Positions 1 through 7,895 are shown, counted from the first letter of the stretch. The stretch is 24,000 nucleotides of DNA from Sedimentisphaera salicampi (GCF_002117005.1 NZ_CP021023.1:2194995-2218994), one strand, 5' to 3'. Translations and numbers: made by a program. Notes: generated by a model from the letters alone, not told the origin.

Positions 1-666
1 ATGACCAAGAGGAAAAAGTTTTCACCTGTTAAGGCATTCTTCAGGTTTGGTTTTGTGCTGATATGCGCATCTGCCCTCACGCTGTTTTTTTTCCTGCTTC
101 TGCCTATACTGCAGACAATAAGCAAGCCTCCGAAGACGGATATGGTGATTCAGGATGTGGGTGTTGCGAATGTCCCCCCGCCGCCTCCCCCGCCGGAGGA
201 GGAGCCGCCGGAAGAGCCTGAGAAAGAAGAAAAGCCGCCCGAGCTTAACGAACAGAGCCAGCCTCTTGCACTCGACCAGCTTGAGCTTGCTTTGAATCCG
301 GGGTTCAGCGGCGGGATAATGGCCGGCGATTTTTCCGTTAAGTTAAATACAGCTGCTGCAGGCGGGGAAGATGTGGATGCGCTTTTTTCCATATCAGATC
401 TCGACCAGAAACCCAGGCCTATATACAGGCCGAGCCCGAGGATGAGCAAGGAGCTCAGAAAAAGAGCTCCGGGCAAGGTTTATATTATATTTATAGTTGA
501 TAAAAACGGCAGGGTTCAAAAGCCGAAGGTGCAGAGGTCAACCGATCCGATATTTGAGAAGCCTGCGCTGGAAGCGGTAAAGAAGTGGAAATTTGAGCCG
601 GGTAAGAGAAACGGCAGCCCCGTTCGTTTCCGTATGCGTGTACCTATAACATTTCCGAAAGGATGA
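1..666 (+). CDS. tonB: TonB-family energy transducer. It has an N-terminal membrane anchor, a Pro/Glu-rich spacer and a TonB C-terminal domain.
   Basis: A basic N-terminus is followed by one hydrophobic helix (FGFVLICASALTLFFFLLLPIL). The spacer PPPPPPPEEEPPEEPEKEEKPPE lies at about nt 172-243. The C-terminal part looks like TonB_C (KVYIIFIVDKNGRVQKPKV...ALEAVKKWKFEPGKRNGSPVRFRMRVPITF). The ATG is at window position 1, so upstream context such as exbBD is not visible. Confidence 0.8.
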   Translation: MTKRKKFSPVKAFFRFGFVLICASALTLFFFLLLPILQTISKPPKTDMVIQDVGVANVPPPPPPPEEEPPEEPEKEEKPPELNEQSQPLALDQLELALNPGFSGGIMAGDFSVKLNTAAAGGEDVDALFSISDLDQKPRPIYRPSPRMSKELRKRAPGKVYIIFIVDKNGRVQKPKVQRSTDPIFEKPALEAVKKWKFEPGKRNGSPVRFRMRVPITFPKG

Positions 667-2133
667 TTGAAAAATATGAAGATAGAAATGCTGGTAAACT
701 TGAATGATTCAGAGCCCAAAAACAGTGTTAGAAGCGTTTTTGCCGCAGTCTTGCTGCTGATTCTGCTGTGCGTTGTTTCAGCTCCGTGCAAAGGCGCTGA
801 AAAACGCAAAATCAAACTCAAGCCTGAGAAGTCTGCCATGACAGAGCTCGACCTGAAAATCTGGAACGATCCGGAATTCAAGAAGAGGTTCGCTGAGAGC
901 TATATGGCCGAAACCGAGGTTGAACCCAGGGTTACAAAGTCTGAACGCAAGGTGATGATGGAGATTATGGATCTGATCTCTGAAGACAAGATGAATGAAG
1001 CGGCAGAAATGCTAAAAGAACAGATCAGCGAGGCCTCAAGCGCTGTCTTTGATTTTACGCTTGCAAATATTCACTTCCAGAACGAAGAGCTCAAAAAGGC
1101 CATTAAGCCTTATAATAACGCTGTTGAGAAATTTTCGCGTTTCCGCAGGGCATGGAAGAATCTTGCTCTTATTCACTTCAGATTGAAAAACCACAAAAAG
1201 GCCGCTGAAGCCTTCACTAAATATCTTGAGCTGGGCGGGAAAGACTCCATCTCCTACGGACTGCTCGGCTTTTGCTATTCATCCATGGGTAAAAGTGTTT
1301 CGGCAGAATCGGCATACAGGATGGCAATCCTCTTAGATCCTGAAACACTCGACTGGAAAATGGGCTTGGCAAGGAGCTTTTTCAGGCAGGAACGCTTCGG
1401 CGCTGCCGCTGCTCTGTGCGGGAAACTGATAGAGAAAAATCCCGACCGCCCAGATCTCTGGCTGCTTCAGGCAAATGCCTATATCGGACAGAATAAGCCG
1501 CTTGAGGCGGCGGAGGTGTTCGAATTTGTTGACCATCTCGGCAAATCCACCGCAGATACGCTGAATATGCTCGGGGATATATACGTAAATGAAAAGCTCT
1601 ACGATATGGCTGCAGACAGCTATGTTAGAGCTATGAAGAAAAATCCCGACGAAAACCTCGAAAGGGCAATATATTCAGCTAAGGTGCTTTCGGCAAGGGC
1701 TGCAATGGAAGAAACAAAGCAGCTCATAAAAGAGATTCAAAAGCTGTACGCTGATACAATGAAAGACCAAACACGCAAGGAGCTGCTGAAGATTCAGGCC
1801 AGAATCGCTGTGGCTGAAGGTGAAGGCGAAGAAGAGGTGGAAGTGCTCAAGAAGATTGTTGAGCTGGACCCGCTTGATGGGGAAGCCCTCATACTCCTCG
1901 GCCAGAACGCTGCAAGAAAAGGCAATGACGAGAAGGCAATCTTCTACTTCGAAAGAGCGTCAAAGATTGAAGGCTGCGAAGCAGACGCCAAACTCCGCCA
2001 CGGCCAGCTGCTGGTGAGAAACGGGCAGTATAAAAAGGCCCTTCCTCTGCTTAGAAGGGCGCAAACTTTAGAGCCGCGGGAAAATGTGCAGAAATACCTC
2101 GAACAGGTGGAAAGAATTGCTAAGCAGAGATAA
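667..2133 (+). CDS. Exported or membrane-anchored tetratricopeptide-repeat (TPR) protein, probably co-transcribed with tonB
   Basis: There is a hydrophobic N-terminal segment (VFAAVLLLILLCVVSAPC). It is followed by many 34-aa TPR-like units, for example AWKNLALIHFRLKNHKKAAEAFTKYLEL, LWLLQANAYIGQNKPLEAAEVFEFV and ALILLGQNAARKGNDEKAIFYFERASKI. The ORF begins immediately after the tonB stop. The start is ambiguous: TTG 667, ATG 676 or ATG 688. Confidence 0.75.
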   Translation: MKNMKIEMLVNLNDSEPKNSVRSVFAAVLLLILLCVVSAPCKGAEKRKIKLKPEKSAMTELDLKIWNDPEFKKRFAESYMAETEVEPRVTKSERKVMMEIMDLISEDKMNEAAEMLKEQISEASSAVFDFTLANIHFQNEELKKAIKPYNNAVEKFSRFRRAWKNLALIHFRLKNHKKAAEAFTKYLELGGKDSISYGLLGFCYSSMGKSVSAESAYRMAILLDPETLDWKMGLARSFFRQERFGAAAALCGKLIEKNPDRPDLWLLQANAYIGQNKPLEAAEVFEFVDHLGKSTADTLNMLGDIYVNEKLYDMAADSYVRAMKKNPDENLERAIYSAKVLSARAAMEETKQLIKEIQKLYADTMKDQTRKELLKIQARIAVAEGEGEEEVEVLKKIVELDPLDGEALILLGQNAARKGNDEKAIFYFERASKIEGCEADAKLRHGQLLVRNGQYKKALPLLRRAQTLEPRENVQKYLEQVERIAKQR

Positions 2134-2147
2134 GCATAGCGAGGATG

Positions 2148-2166
2148 CGGGATAATTTTTATCCCG
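2148..2166 (+). terminator. Perfect 7-bp hairpin 15 nt after the TPR gene stop; a possible weak terminator
   Basis: CGGGATA (2148-2154) pairs with TATCCCG (2160-2166) around the loop ATTTT. No U-tract follows, so intrinsic-terminator function is uncertain. Confidence 0.35.
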
Positions 2167-2558
2167 GGATTCAGCGGAGTCAATTTTATATTTCACCGCA
2201 AAGCAAACGAGGCCTGCAAATGATTTTTGTGTGGGCGAACTATTACGTGCGCGATTATCAAAACAGGGTGCAAGCGGTTTTCCTCTCCTGATGAAATATG
2301 GAACGTCCTTTTCTATGTGTGCCCATCTTGAGAGGATCAGCCCAAACCATTGTGAATTATTGGTTTATACAGTTTTAACTCAGCCTTCGCAGTAATAACC
2401 CTCAAAAAAAGCTTGCCTTTTATTCGTTTTATGTTGAAATAAGCGATTAAGCCGGTAGATTTAGTTTGCGGCTAATTAAAGCATCAAAACGACAAGAAAG
2501 ATGAATTATGAAACAAATCAATCCCCGTTTTACATTGTTGGTATAAAAGGAGTTTGTA

Positions 2559-5165
2559 ATGGAAAGTACCAAAGGCATTGCGGAAGTTGATCAATCACTG
2601 CAAGAGAAAGTTCTAAACGTTACTCAAAGGGTGTCCAAGGCTGCTGAGCAGTTTCCTGATAAAACAGCAGTGAGCGACGAAAATCATTCGATAACCTTTT
2701 CAGAGTTGATATCGGTTTCAGACGTCATTGCAAAAGAGCTGCTTTCAAGAAAAATCAAAATGGAGGAGAAAGTTGGCATAAGCTGCGGCCAAAGCGTTGA
2801 GGCTGTCGTTTCTGCGCTTGCTGTGATGAAGGTGGGCGGAGCTTACGTGCCGCTTGATGCAGACTATCCGGACGAAAGGCTGATATATATCGCCGAAAAT
2901 TCGAATATGAATGTTTTATTCTGCATCAAGGGCAATCCCCCCAAATGGGCTGAAGGCCGTGAGATTATTGAGGTAGATCTTGATGAAATTCTCAAATCAG
3001 AATTTCCCAAAGAGCACATATCGGTTGATTATCCCCCAAACACCCTTGCCTATTCAATGTACACCTCCGGGTCAACGGGTACACCCAAGGGTGTGGAAAT
3101 AGAGCACAGAAATCTCAATCAGGAGATAGACTGGAATATAGAGTTTCACGAGTTAACCAGCGATGATGCTGCAAGCCTTGTTTCGAGCTTCAGTTTTGAT
3201 GTTTCGGTCTCGGAGGTCTGGAGCACATTATCCGTTGGAGCGAGGGTTTGCGTGGCACCTCCGTCCAAGGTTTACTCGCCTAAAAATCTGATTGAGTGGC
3301 TGTGCAGTGCGGGGATAACAGTGGCCCTTTTAGGCACCCCTCTTGCTGAAAAGGCTATTCGTTTAGAATGGCCTGAGGACTGCCCAGTTCGCACAGTCCG
3401 AACTATGGGCGACAGGCTCAGAGTAAGACCTTTGCCTAATTTGCCGTTTAAATTGTACAATGAGTATGGCCCTACAGAATGCACAGTTACTGTTACAGCG
3501 GGGCTGGTTTCGCCGGAAGACGACGGCAAATATCCCCACATCGGAAAGGAAGTGGGCGATTGCGTTATACATATCCTTGATGAAGAATTAAATCCCGTTC
3601 AGGATGGAGAGGAAGGCGAGCTCTGCATCAGCGGCGGCTGCGTTGCAAGGGGGTATGCCGGTATGCCCGAGAAAACTGCCGAAGTATTCGTGCCGGACCC
3701 AATCATAAAGGGCAATCGAATGTACCGAACCGGCGATGTTGCAAAGATGCGGCCGGATGGTAATATCGATTATGTTGGAAGGCGGGATTTGCAGGTTCAG
3801 ATCCGCGGGTTCAGGGTTGAGCTCAGCGAAATCGAAAAGTATGTTCTGGACAGCAAAAACGTCAATTCCGCTGCAATAGTTGCATCAGAAGAAGATGACG
3901 GCATCAGGCTCTACTGCTTCATAGAGCCGAAATCAGAGCCGTTCAATGTGAAATCACTCACAGATTTCCTTTCCTCCAAGCTCCCCACTTACATGAGACC
4001 AAGCGGATATTACGTGTTAGAGAAGATGCCGCTGAATGTAAACGGTAAAATAGACAGGAAGAAACTGCTCGCAGACGTTGTAGATAACCGGATTGAGAGG
4101 CATTCAAGAACAGATGAGATTGTAAAGCCCAGAAACCCGATGGAAGAGGTGCTCTGGGAAACTTGGAAACAAATCCTACGCAGAGAAGACTTCGGGATTT
4201 ACGACAACTTCTTCGACCTCGGCGGCCACTCTCTGATGGCTATAAAAATGGAAGCACTTTTAAGCAAACGCGGGCTTACTCTCACATTTGAAAAGGTGAT
4301 AAATTATCCTGTCATATCGCAGCTTGCTGCATTTTTGGAATTCAAGGTAGCGGGTAAAGAAAGCTCAGATGAGAAGTGCATAGTAACTCTGAACAAGGGC
4401 AGAAAGGATAGAGCCCCTGTTTATTTCCTCCATTCTACCAGCGGCGACATACTGGGCTATGCCAATATTGTGCACACCCTTGGCGAAGACCAGCCTTGCT
4501 TCGGTTTTCAGTCTATCGGGCTCTGGCATATTGATCAGGCAGACAAAACAATCGAGCAAATGGCTTCCAGATACGTTAAACTGCTGAATGAAATCCAGCC
4601 GGAAGGGCCGTTTGCCCTTGTAGGATGGTGCTTTGGGGGTTGGGTTGCTTATGAAATGGCCAAAATATTCAGAAAACAGGGCAGGCAGGTGGAAATTTTG
4701 GCGCTCATAGATGCCCCTGCCAAACTTACCGGCTCTAAGAAACTGCGTCAGTATCTAACGATTATCAAAAACCTTATCGCCCTCGGCCCAGCCGAAATGA
4801 CCAAAGAAATTGTAAAAAGGCTCAAGACAAAGGAATCCGACCTTGCAGCAGATGTGATTGGAGCCCATTTTGATGAGCAGGACGAAGAATTCAAAAACAG
4901 ATATGTATCAAATCGAGCAGAAGTGTATGACCATAATTTAGCCGCCGCTTATGCATATAAAGCAGGCAGTTATGACGATAAAGTGGTGCTTTTCAAGGCT
5001 CAGGACAGCGAGCTTTGGAAACTAAGAGGGCAGAAACTCGGCTGGGAATTAGTTGTTGATCACTTGCAGCTCGAGATTATCCCGGGAGAGCATAAAGATT
5101 TGATGAAGGAAAACAGCGAAATCGCTCTAAGGCTGAGAAAAATGATCGAAGACATCAGCGTTTAG
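2559..5165 (+). CDS. Stand-alone NRPS-like enzyme with adenylation, thiolation (PCP) and thioesterase domains (A-T-TE) and no condensation domain
   Basis: A-domain core motifs are present: YTSGSTGTPKGV (A3, aa 168-179), FDVSVSE (A4, D214), NEYGPTE (A5), GELCISGGCVARGY (A6), YRTGD (A7), GRRDLQVQIRGFRVEL (A8) and NGKIDRK (A10, K497). The carrier motif is FFDLGGHSLMAI (Ser558, nt 4230-4232). The alpha/beta-hydrolase TE shows YFLHSTSGD, GWCFGG (Cys691, nt 4629-4631), LIDAP and PGEHKDLM. The SD AAGGAG (2547-2552) lies 6 nt before the ATG. Confidence 0.9.
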   Translation: MESTKGIAEVDQSLQEKVLNVTQRVSKAAEQFPDKTAVSDENHSITFSELISVSDVIAKELLSRKIKMEEKVGISCGQSVEAVVSALAVMKVGGAYVPLDADYPDERLIYIAENSNMNVLFCIKGNPPKWAEGREIIEVDLDEILKSEFPKEHISVDYPPNTLAYSMYTSGSTGTPKGVEIEHRNLNQEIDWNIEFHELTSDDAASLVSSFSFDVSVSEVWSTLSVGARVCVAPPSKVYSPKNLIEWLCSAGITVALLGTPLAEKAIRLEWPEDCPVRTVRTMGDRLRVRPLPNLPFKLYNEYGPTECTVTVTAGLVSPEDDGKYPHIGKEVGDCVIHILDEELNPVQDGEEGELCISGGCVARGYAGMPEKTAEVFVPDPIIKGNRMYRTGDVAKMRPDGNIDYVGRRDLQVQIRGFRVELSEIEKYVLDSKNVNSAAIVASEEDDGIRLYCFIEPKSEPFNVKSLTDFLSSKLPTYMRPSGYYVLEKMPLNVNGKIDRKKLLADVVDNRIERHSRTDEIVKPRNPMEEVLWETWKQILRREDFGIYDNFFDLGGHSLMAIKMEALLSKRGLTLTFEKVINYPVISQLAAFLEFKVAGKESSDEKCIVTLNKGRKDRAPVYFLHSTSGDILGYANIVHTLGEDQPCFGFQSIGLWHIDQADKTIEQMASRYVKLLNEIQPEGPFALVGWCFGGWVAYEMAKIFRKQGRQVEILALIDAPAKLTGSKKLRQYLTIIKNLIALGPAEMTKEIVKRLKTKESDLAADVIGAHFDEQDEEFKNRYVSNRAEVYDHNLAAAYAYKAGSYDDKVVLFKAQDSELWKLRGQKLGWELVVDHLQLEIIPGEHKDLMKENSEIALRLRKMIEDISV
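2616..4073 (+). other. Adenylation (AMP-binding) domain of the A-T-TE enzyme, approximate bounds
   Basis: Motifs A3 to A10 occur in canonical order between aa ~20 and ~505. Confidence 0.85.
4137..4343 (+). other. Thiolation / peptidyl-carrier domain, approximate bounds
   Basis: It carries the LGGHSL phosphopantetheine-attachment motif, with the Ser codon TCT at 4230-4232. Confidence 0.85.
4392..5156 (+). other. Type I thioesterase domain with a Cys nucleophile, approximate bounds
   Basis: The nucleophile elbow reads G-W-C-F-G (nt 4623-4637). The candidate Asp is in ALIDAP and the candidate His in PGEHKDLM. Confidence 0.8.
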
Positions 5166-5216
5166 CTGCTGATTCTGCACGTTTCTCTTTCTTTTCAGGC
5201 AGTGAAGCGGGATTTT

Positions 5217-5232
5217 ATCCGCTGAACTTCCC
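5217..5232. terminator. Small imperfect hairpin between two convergent genes
   Basis: GCGGGATTTTATCCGC can form GCGG/CCGC plus AT/AT with one bulged G. There is no U-tract on either strand. It is the only obvious structure in the 114-nt convergent gap. Confidence 0.2.
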
Positions 5233-5279
5233 GTCTTCTCGTTTTCGCCTCTGCGAGTTGAAACTGTCCGAAGTATCGC

Positions 5280-7589
5280 TCAAGAGAATATTCGCTTGAA
5301 CAGCGAATCCACTTTCCCGCCTGCCTTAGCGATAACCACAGGCTTGGATGTCCTGCAGGCGATCTTCTCGGGTACAGAGAGCCCGCGGAACTGTCCCAGA
5401 GGGCGGTTTGTCATACCGAGCACGGTGAGCTCGTGATTTTTGGCTTCTCTTAGAATCGCTATTACCGAGCTTTTCGCTTTTACTGTTTTGGTAGTAAATC
5501 TGTCCGGCTTGAGCCTGAGCCTCATGGCCTGATTGAGCGCAAATTCCCTGAGCTTGAAGCCCCTTTTCTGCCCTGTATCCACCTTCAGCATAGTTACCTT
5601 CGCATCCGGCTCTGCCATTATGTTAGCTATTTCCGCTGCATAGGCGGAGTTTGGCCCGCCTGAAACAGGCACGAGAACGCTCTTGTATCTCTGTTTGGAT
5701 TTCTCCGAGCCCTTGATAATCACCACATTGCAGGGCGCCCGTTCTACTATCGGGTCTATCGTTGCTCCGATGTTGAAAAGTCTGTCTTCCGGTTTGCCGT
5801 GCCAGCCCAGAACAAGCAGCTTAACCTTTTTCTCCTTTACCGCTGAAACGATTCCTCGTGCTATATTTCTGCAGTAGCGGATTGTGGTATTCAGCGGGAA
5901 ATGCATCGAGAGATAGAGCATAGCCTCGGTAATTGCTTCTCTTCCCGGTTCGGTGTATTCTTCCGATTCAGAGAGAGATATATGCTCGGGCACAGAAACC
6001 ATATGAATCAGCTCCACATGCGGCTTTTTCTTTGAAGCGCAGAGCTTGTATGTTCCGTTAACCAGATCCACAGCGTTATCCGGATCTGCCAGACCCACCA
6101 TCACAGGATACCCCTTGGGCTTGTAGTTTCTCTGTTCATCAAAGATTGTTATCTCGTGATCTGCCGCTATAACCCTGTTCTTTGAATACAGCAGGTATAT
6201 AGCGAGGCCTGCGATAATCCAGATAGGTGCGATCACCCACGCTATTACGCTCATATGCACCAGCCACACAGCAAGCACAGCCTGCATAATCAGAGCAAGG
6301 ATCGGCGGAACGGGGAAAAACGGCATCATAAAGCCGTATTCAAGCTCATCGCCCATCCCGAGCCGAATCTTAATAACGCAGAGATTGGCCATGAAGAAAA
6401 GGAACATAAACATTATGCTGGCGCTGGAAGCTACATCTTCAGTAGGCAGGAAGGCTGCCGTAAATATTACTATTGCTGCTGTTGCGATAAGTGCGCCGTA
6501 TGGGGTGCGGTTTTTCTCGTGTATTCGAGACCAGAATCCCGGAAGCATACCGTCTCGCCCGAGGGCGTATGAGGCTCTTGTTCCCGAGTATATAGTGGCG
6601 TTCAGGGCGGAGGTGGAGGAGAAAATCACAGCGAGAGTGAGCACGAAATTCCCCAGAGGCATAAGCCTTGCGGCCGCCTCGCCGAAGCCCTTTTCCTTGA
6701 ACTGCCCGATCCACTCCCAAGGAGCCATCTGGCCAACCCCTTCGCTGCCCGCCTTTACCGATACCACCGTGGCAAAGGCTACCAGAACATAAATAATCGT
6801 TACGATAGCAACAGAATATATCATCGCCTTTGGGAGATTTTTTTTCGGGTCTATCGTTTCATCGCCCGCTTGAGCAATCACCTCATACCCCTCGAAGGCA
6901 ACGTAAGTGAAACCCATCGTTACCAGCAGCTTAGACCAGCCCTCCGGCATAAATGGCGTGAAGTTTTGGAGTCTGGATGGGTCTTGAACTACGGCAACCA
7001 CCCCGAAAATACCGATTGTGAGAACAAAAAGCGTTTGCCCCATCGTTATCACTGCACCGGCCTTGCCAGTTTCCGAGGAGCCCTTGAAGTTTATATATAC
7101 AAAAAGCCCCGCAGTTATTACTGCTGTAAGCCTTTCCATTACCAGAATAACGGTTTCCGGATCGCCGCCGAAAGATTCATAAAGCGGATTCAGCCAGCCG
7201 AGGGCATCCACAAACCGGATGCTGTATATAGCGAAGGTGAGGGCATACATGCTCCCTGCAACACTCGAAGCGAACCACTCCATCCAGCCTGCGAGGAAAC
7301 TTGCGTTGCGTCCGAAGCCAATGCGCGCGAAATTATACACCCCGCCTGCCCGCGGTATCGCAGAGCTCAGCTCGGCGAAGCTCATCGCTGTGAGCATTGC
7401 GAAAACGCCGTTCAGCGCGAATGTGAGCACAACCCCGCCGGGGCCTGCCTCGCCTATGGATATACCCATCCCGAGAAACACCCCCGCTCCAATCATCATA
7501 CCAAGACCCATCATTATGATGTGGAACAATGAAAGCTCTCGTGATAGTTCTGGGGTAGGATTTGGGGAAGGGCGTGATTTACGTGCCAT
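5280..7589 (-). CDS. APC-superfamily amino-acid/polyamine permease fused to C-terminal tandem universal-stress-protein (USP) domains
   Basis: The N-terminal ~470 aa contain about 12 hydrophobic segments and APC-type motifs (GAGVFLGMG, FAELSSAIPRAGGVYNFA). The C-terminal ~280 aa contain two USP-like alpha/beta units (YPVMVGLADPDNA... and SVLVPVSGGPNSAYAAEIA...PVVIAKAG). Confidence 0.85.
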   Translation of the reverse strand: MARKSRPSPNPTPELSRELSLFHIIMMGLGMMIGAGVFLGMGISIGEAGPGGVVLTFALNGVFAMLTAMSFAELSSAIPRAGGVYNFARIGFGRNASFLAGWMEWFASSVAGSMYALTFAIYSIRFVDALGWLNPLYESFGGDPETVILVMERLTAVITAGLFVYINFKGSSETGKAGAVITMGQTLFVLTIGIFGVVAVVQDPSRLQNFTPFMPEGWSKLLVTMGFTYVAFEGYEVIAQAGDETIDPKKNLPKAMIYSVAIVTIIYVLVAFATVVSVKAGSEGVGQMAPWEWIGQFKEKGFGEAAARLMPLGNFVLTLAVIFSSTSALNATIYSGTRASYALGRDGMLPGFWSRIHEKNRTPYGALIATAAIVIFTAAFLPTEDVASSASIMFMFLFFMANLCVIKIRLGMGDELEYGFMMPFFPVPPILALIMQAVLAVWLVHMSVIAWVIAPIWIIAGLAIYLLYSKNRVIAADHEITIFDEQRNYKPKGYPVMVGLADPDNAVDLVNGTYKLCASKKKPHVELIHMVSVPEHISLSESEEYTEPGREAITEAMLYLSMHFPLNTTIRYCRNIARGIVSAVKEKKVKLLVLGWHGKPEDRLFNIGATIDPIVERAPCNVVIIKGSEKSKQRYKSVLVPVSGGPNSAYAAEIANIMAEPDAKVTMLKVDTGQKRGFKLREFALNQAMRLRLKPDRFTTKTVKAKSSVIAILREAKNHELTVLGMTNRPLGQFRGLSVPEKIACRTSKPVVIAKAGGKVDSLFKRIFS

Positions 7590-7616
7590 CAGTTGGTCTC
7601 TCTATAAACAGACTGC

Positions 7617-7778
7617 TCAAGACTTGCTTCTACGTAGATTTTTCAGCGCATAACGGGCAGAGCCGTAGCCGTTTTGAGCCATCTTATTTATTCTGGACCT
7701 TGCCCAGAAGGCAGAAAGAAGCACAAAAGCCGTGCAGCTGACAACTATTATTAAACCTGCTATTATCCCTTCGTTCAT
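7617..7778 (-). CDS. Candidate 53-aa single-pass membrane protein. It is too short to appear in the supplied ORF track.
   Basis: My own translation is MNEGIIAGLIIVVSCTAFVLLSAFWARSRINKMAQNGYGSARYALKNLRRSKS*. It has one clear TM helix followed by a basic tail. It ends 27 nt upstream of the permease start, on the same strand. No obvious SD precedes it. Confidence 0.35.
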   Translation of the reverse strand: MNEGIIAGLIIVVSCTAFVLLSAFWARSRINKMAQNGYGSARYALKNLRRSKS

Positions 7779-7895
7779 AATGCGCAGAGTGTAACAAAAA
7801 CAAACCCTCAGGCAAGGTTTTTTACGCCTTTGAAAAACTTATTTTTGAGCAGGCAAAAGTCTTAGATCGTATAAGTGAAAATATTATTTCTTCTT

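Noticed and set aside
172-243. The Pro/Glu-rich coding repeat in the first gene as a tandem-repeat or slippage locus.
   Set aside because: This is the standard rigid proline-rich spacer of TonB proteins. It is not an exact nucleotide repeat.
2147-2176. Similar hairpins GCGGGATAATTTTTATCCCG (2147-2166) and GCGGGATTTTATCCGC (5217-5232), each near a CCGCTGAA/TTCAGCGG sequence, considered as a possible REP-like repeated element.
   Set aside because: The shared sequence is only about 7-9 nt per arm, the two sites are not collinear, and there are only two copies in 24 kb. They are more simply explained as independent small hairpins after stop codons.
2291-2395. The small leader ORFs (34 aa at 2291-2395 and 29 aa at 2501-2590) as RiPP-type precursors or leader peptides for the A-T-TE enzyme.
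   Set aside because: They have no SD, no recognisable leader/core architecture and no modifying enzymes nearby. They are mentioned only within the leader-region finding.
6870-7532. Long ORFs antisense to well-supported genes. Examples are 6870-7532(+), 7219-7653(+), 6385-6792(+), 9871-10446(-), 15245-15814(-), 18589-19074(-), 19853-20614(+), 21563-22258(+), 14460-14948(-), 23047-23463(-) and 23469-23750(-).
   Set aside because: Each lies fully inside, and opposite to, a gene with clear family motifs. Their translations are low-complexity or Arg/Cys/His-rich, have no recognisable motif, and lack SD sequences. This is typical of shadow ORFs in DNA of about 50% GC.
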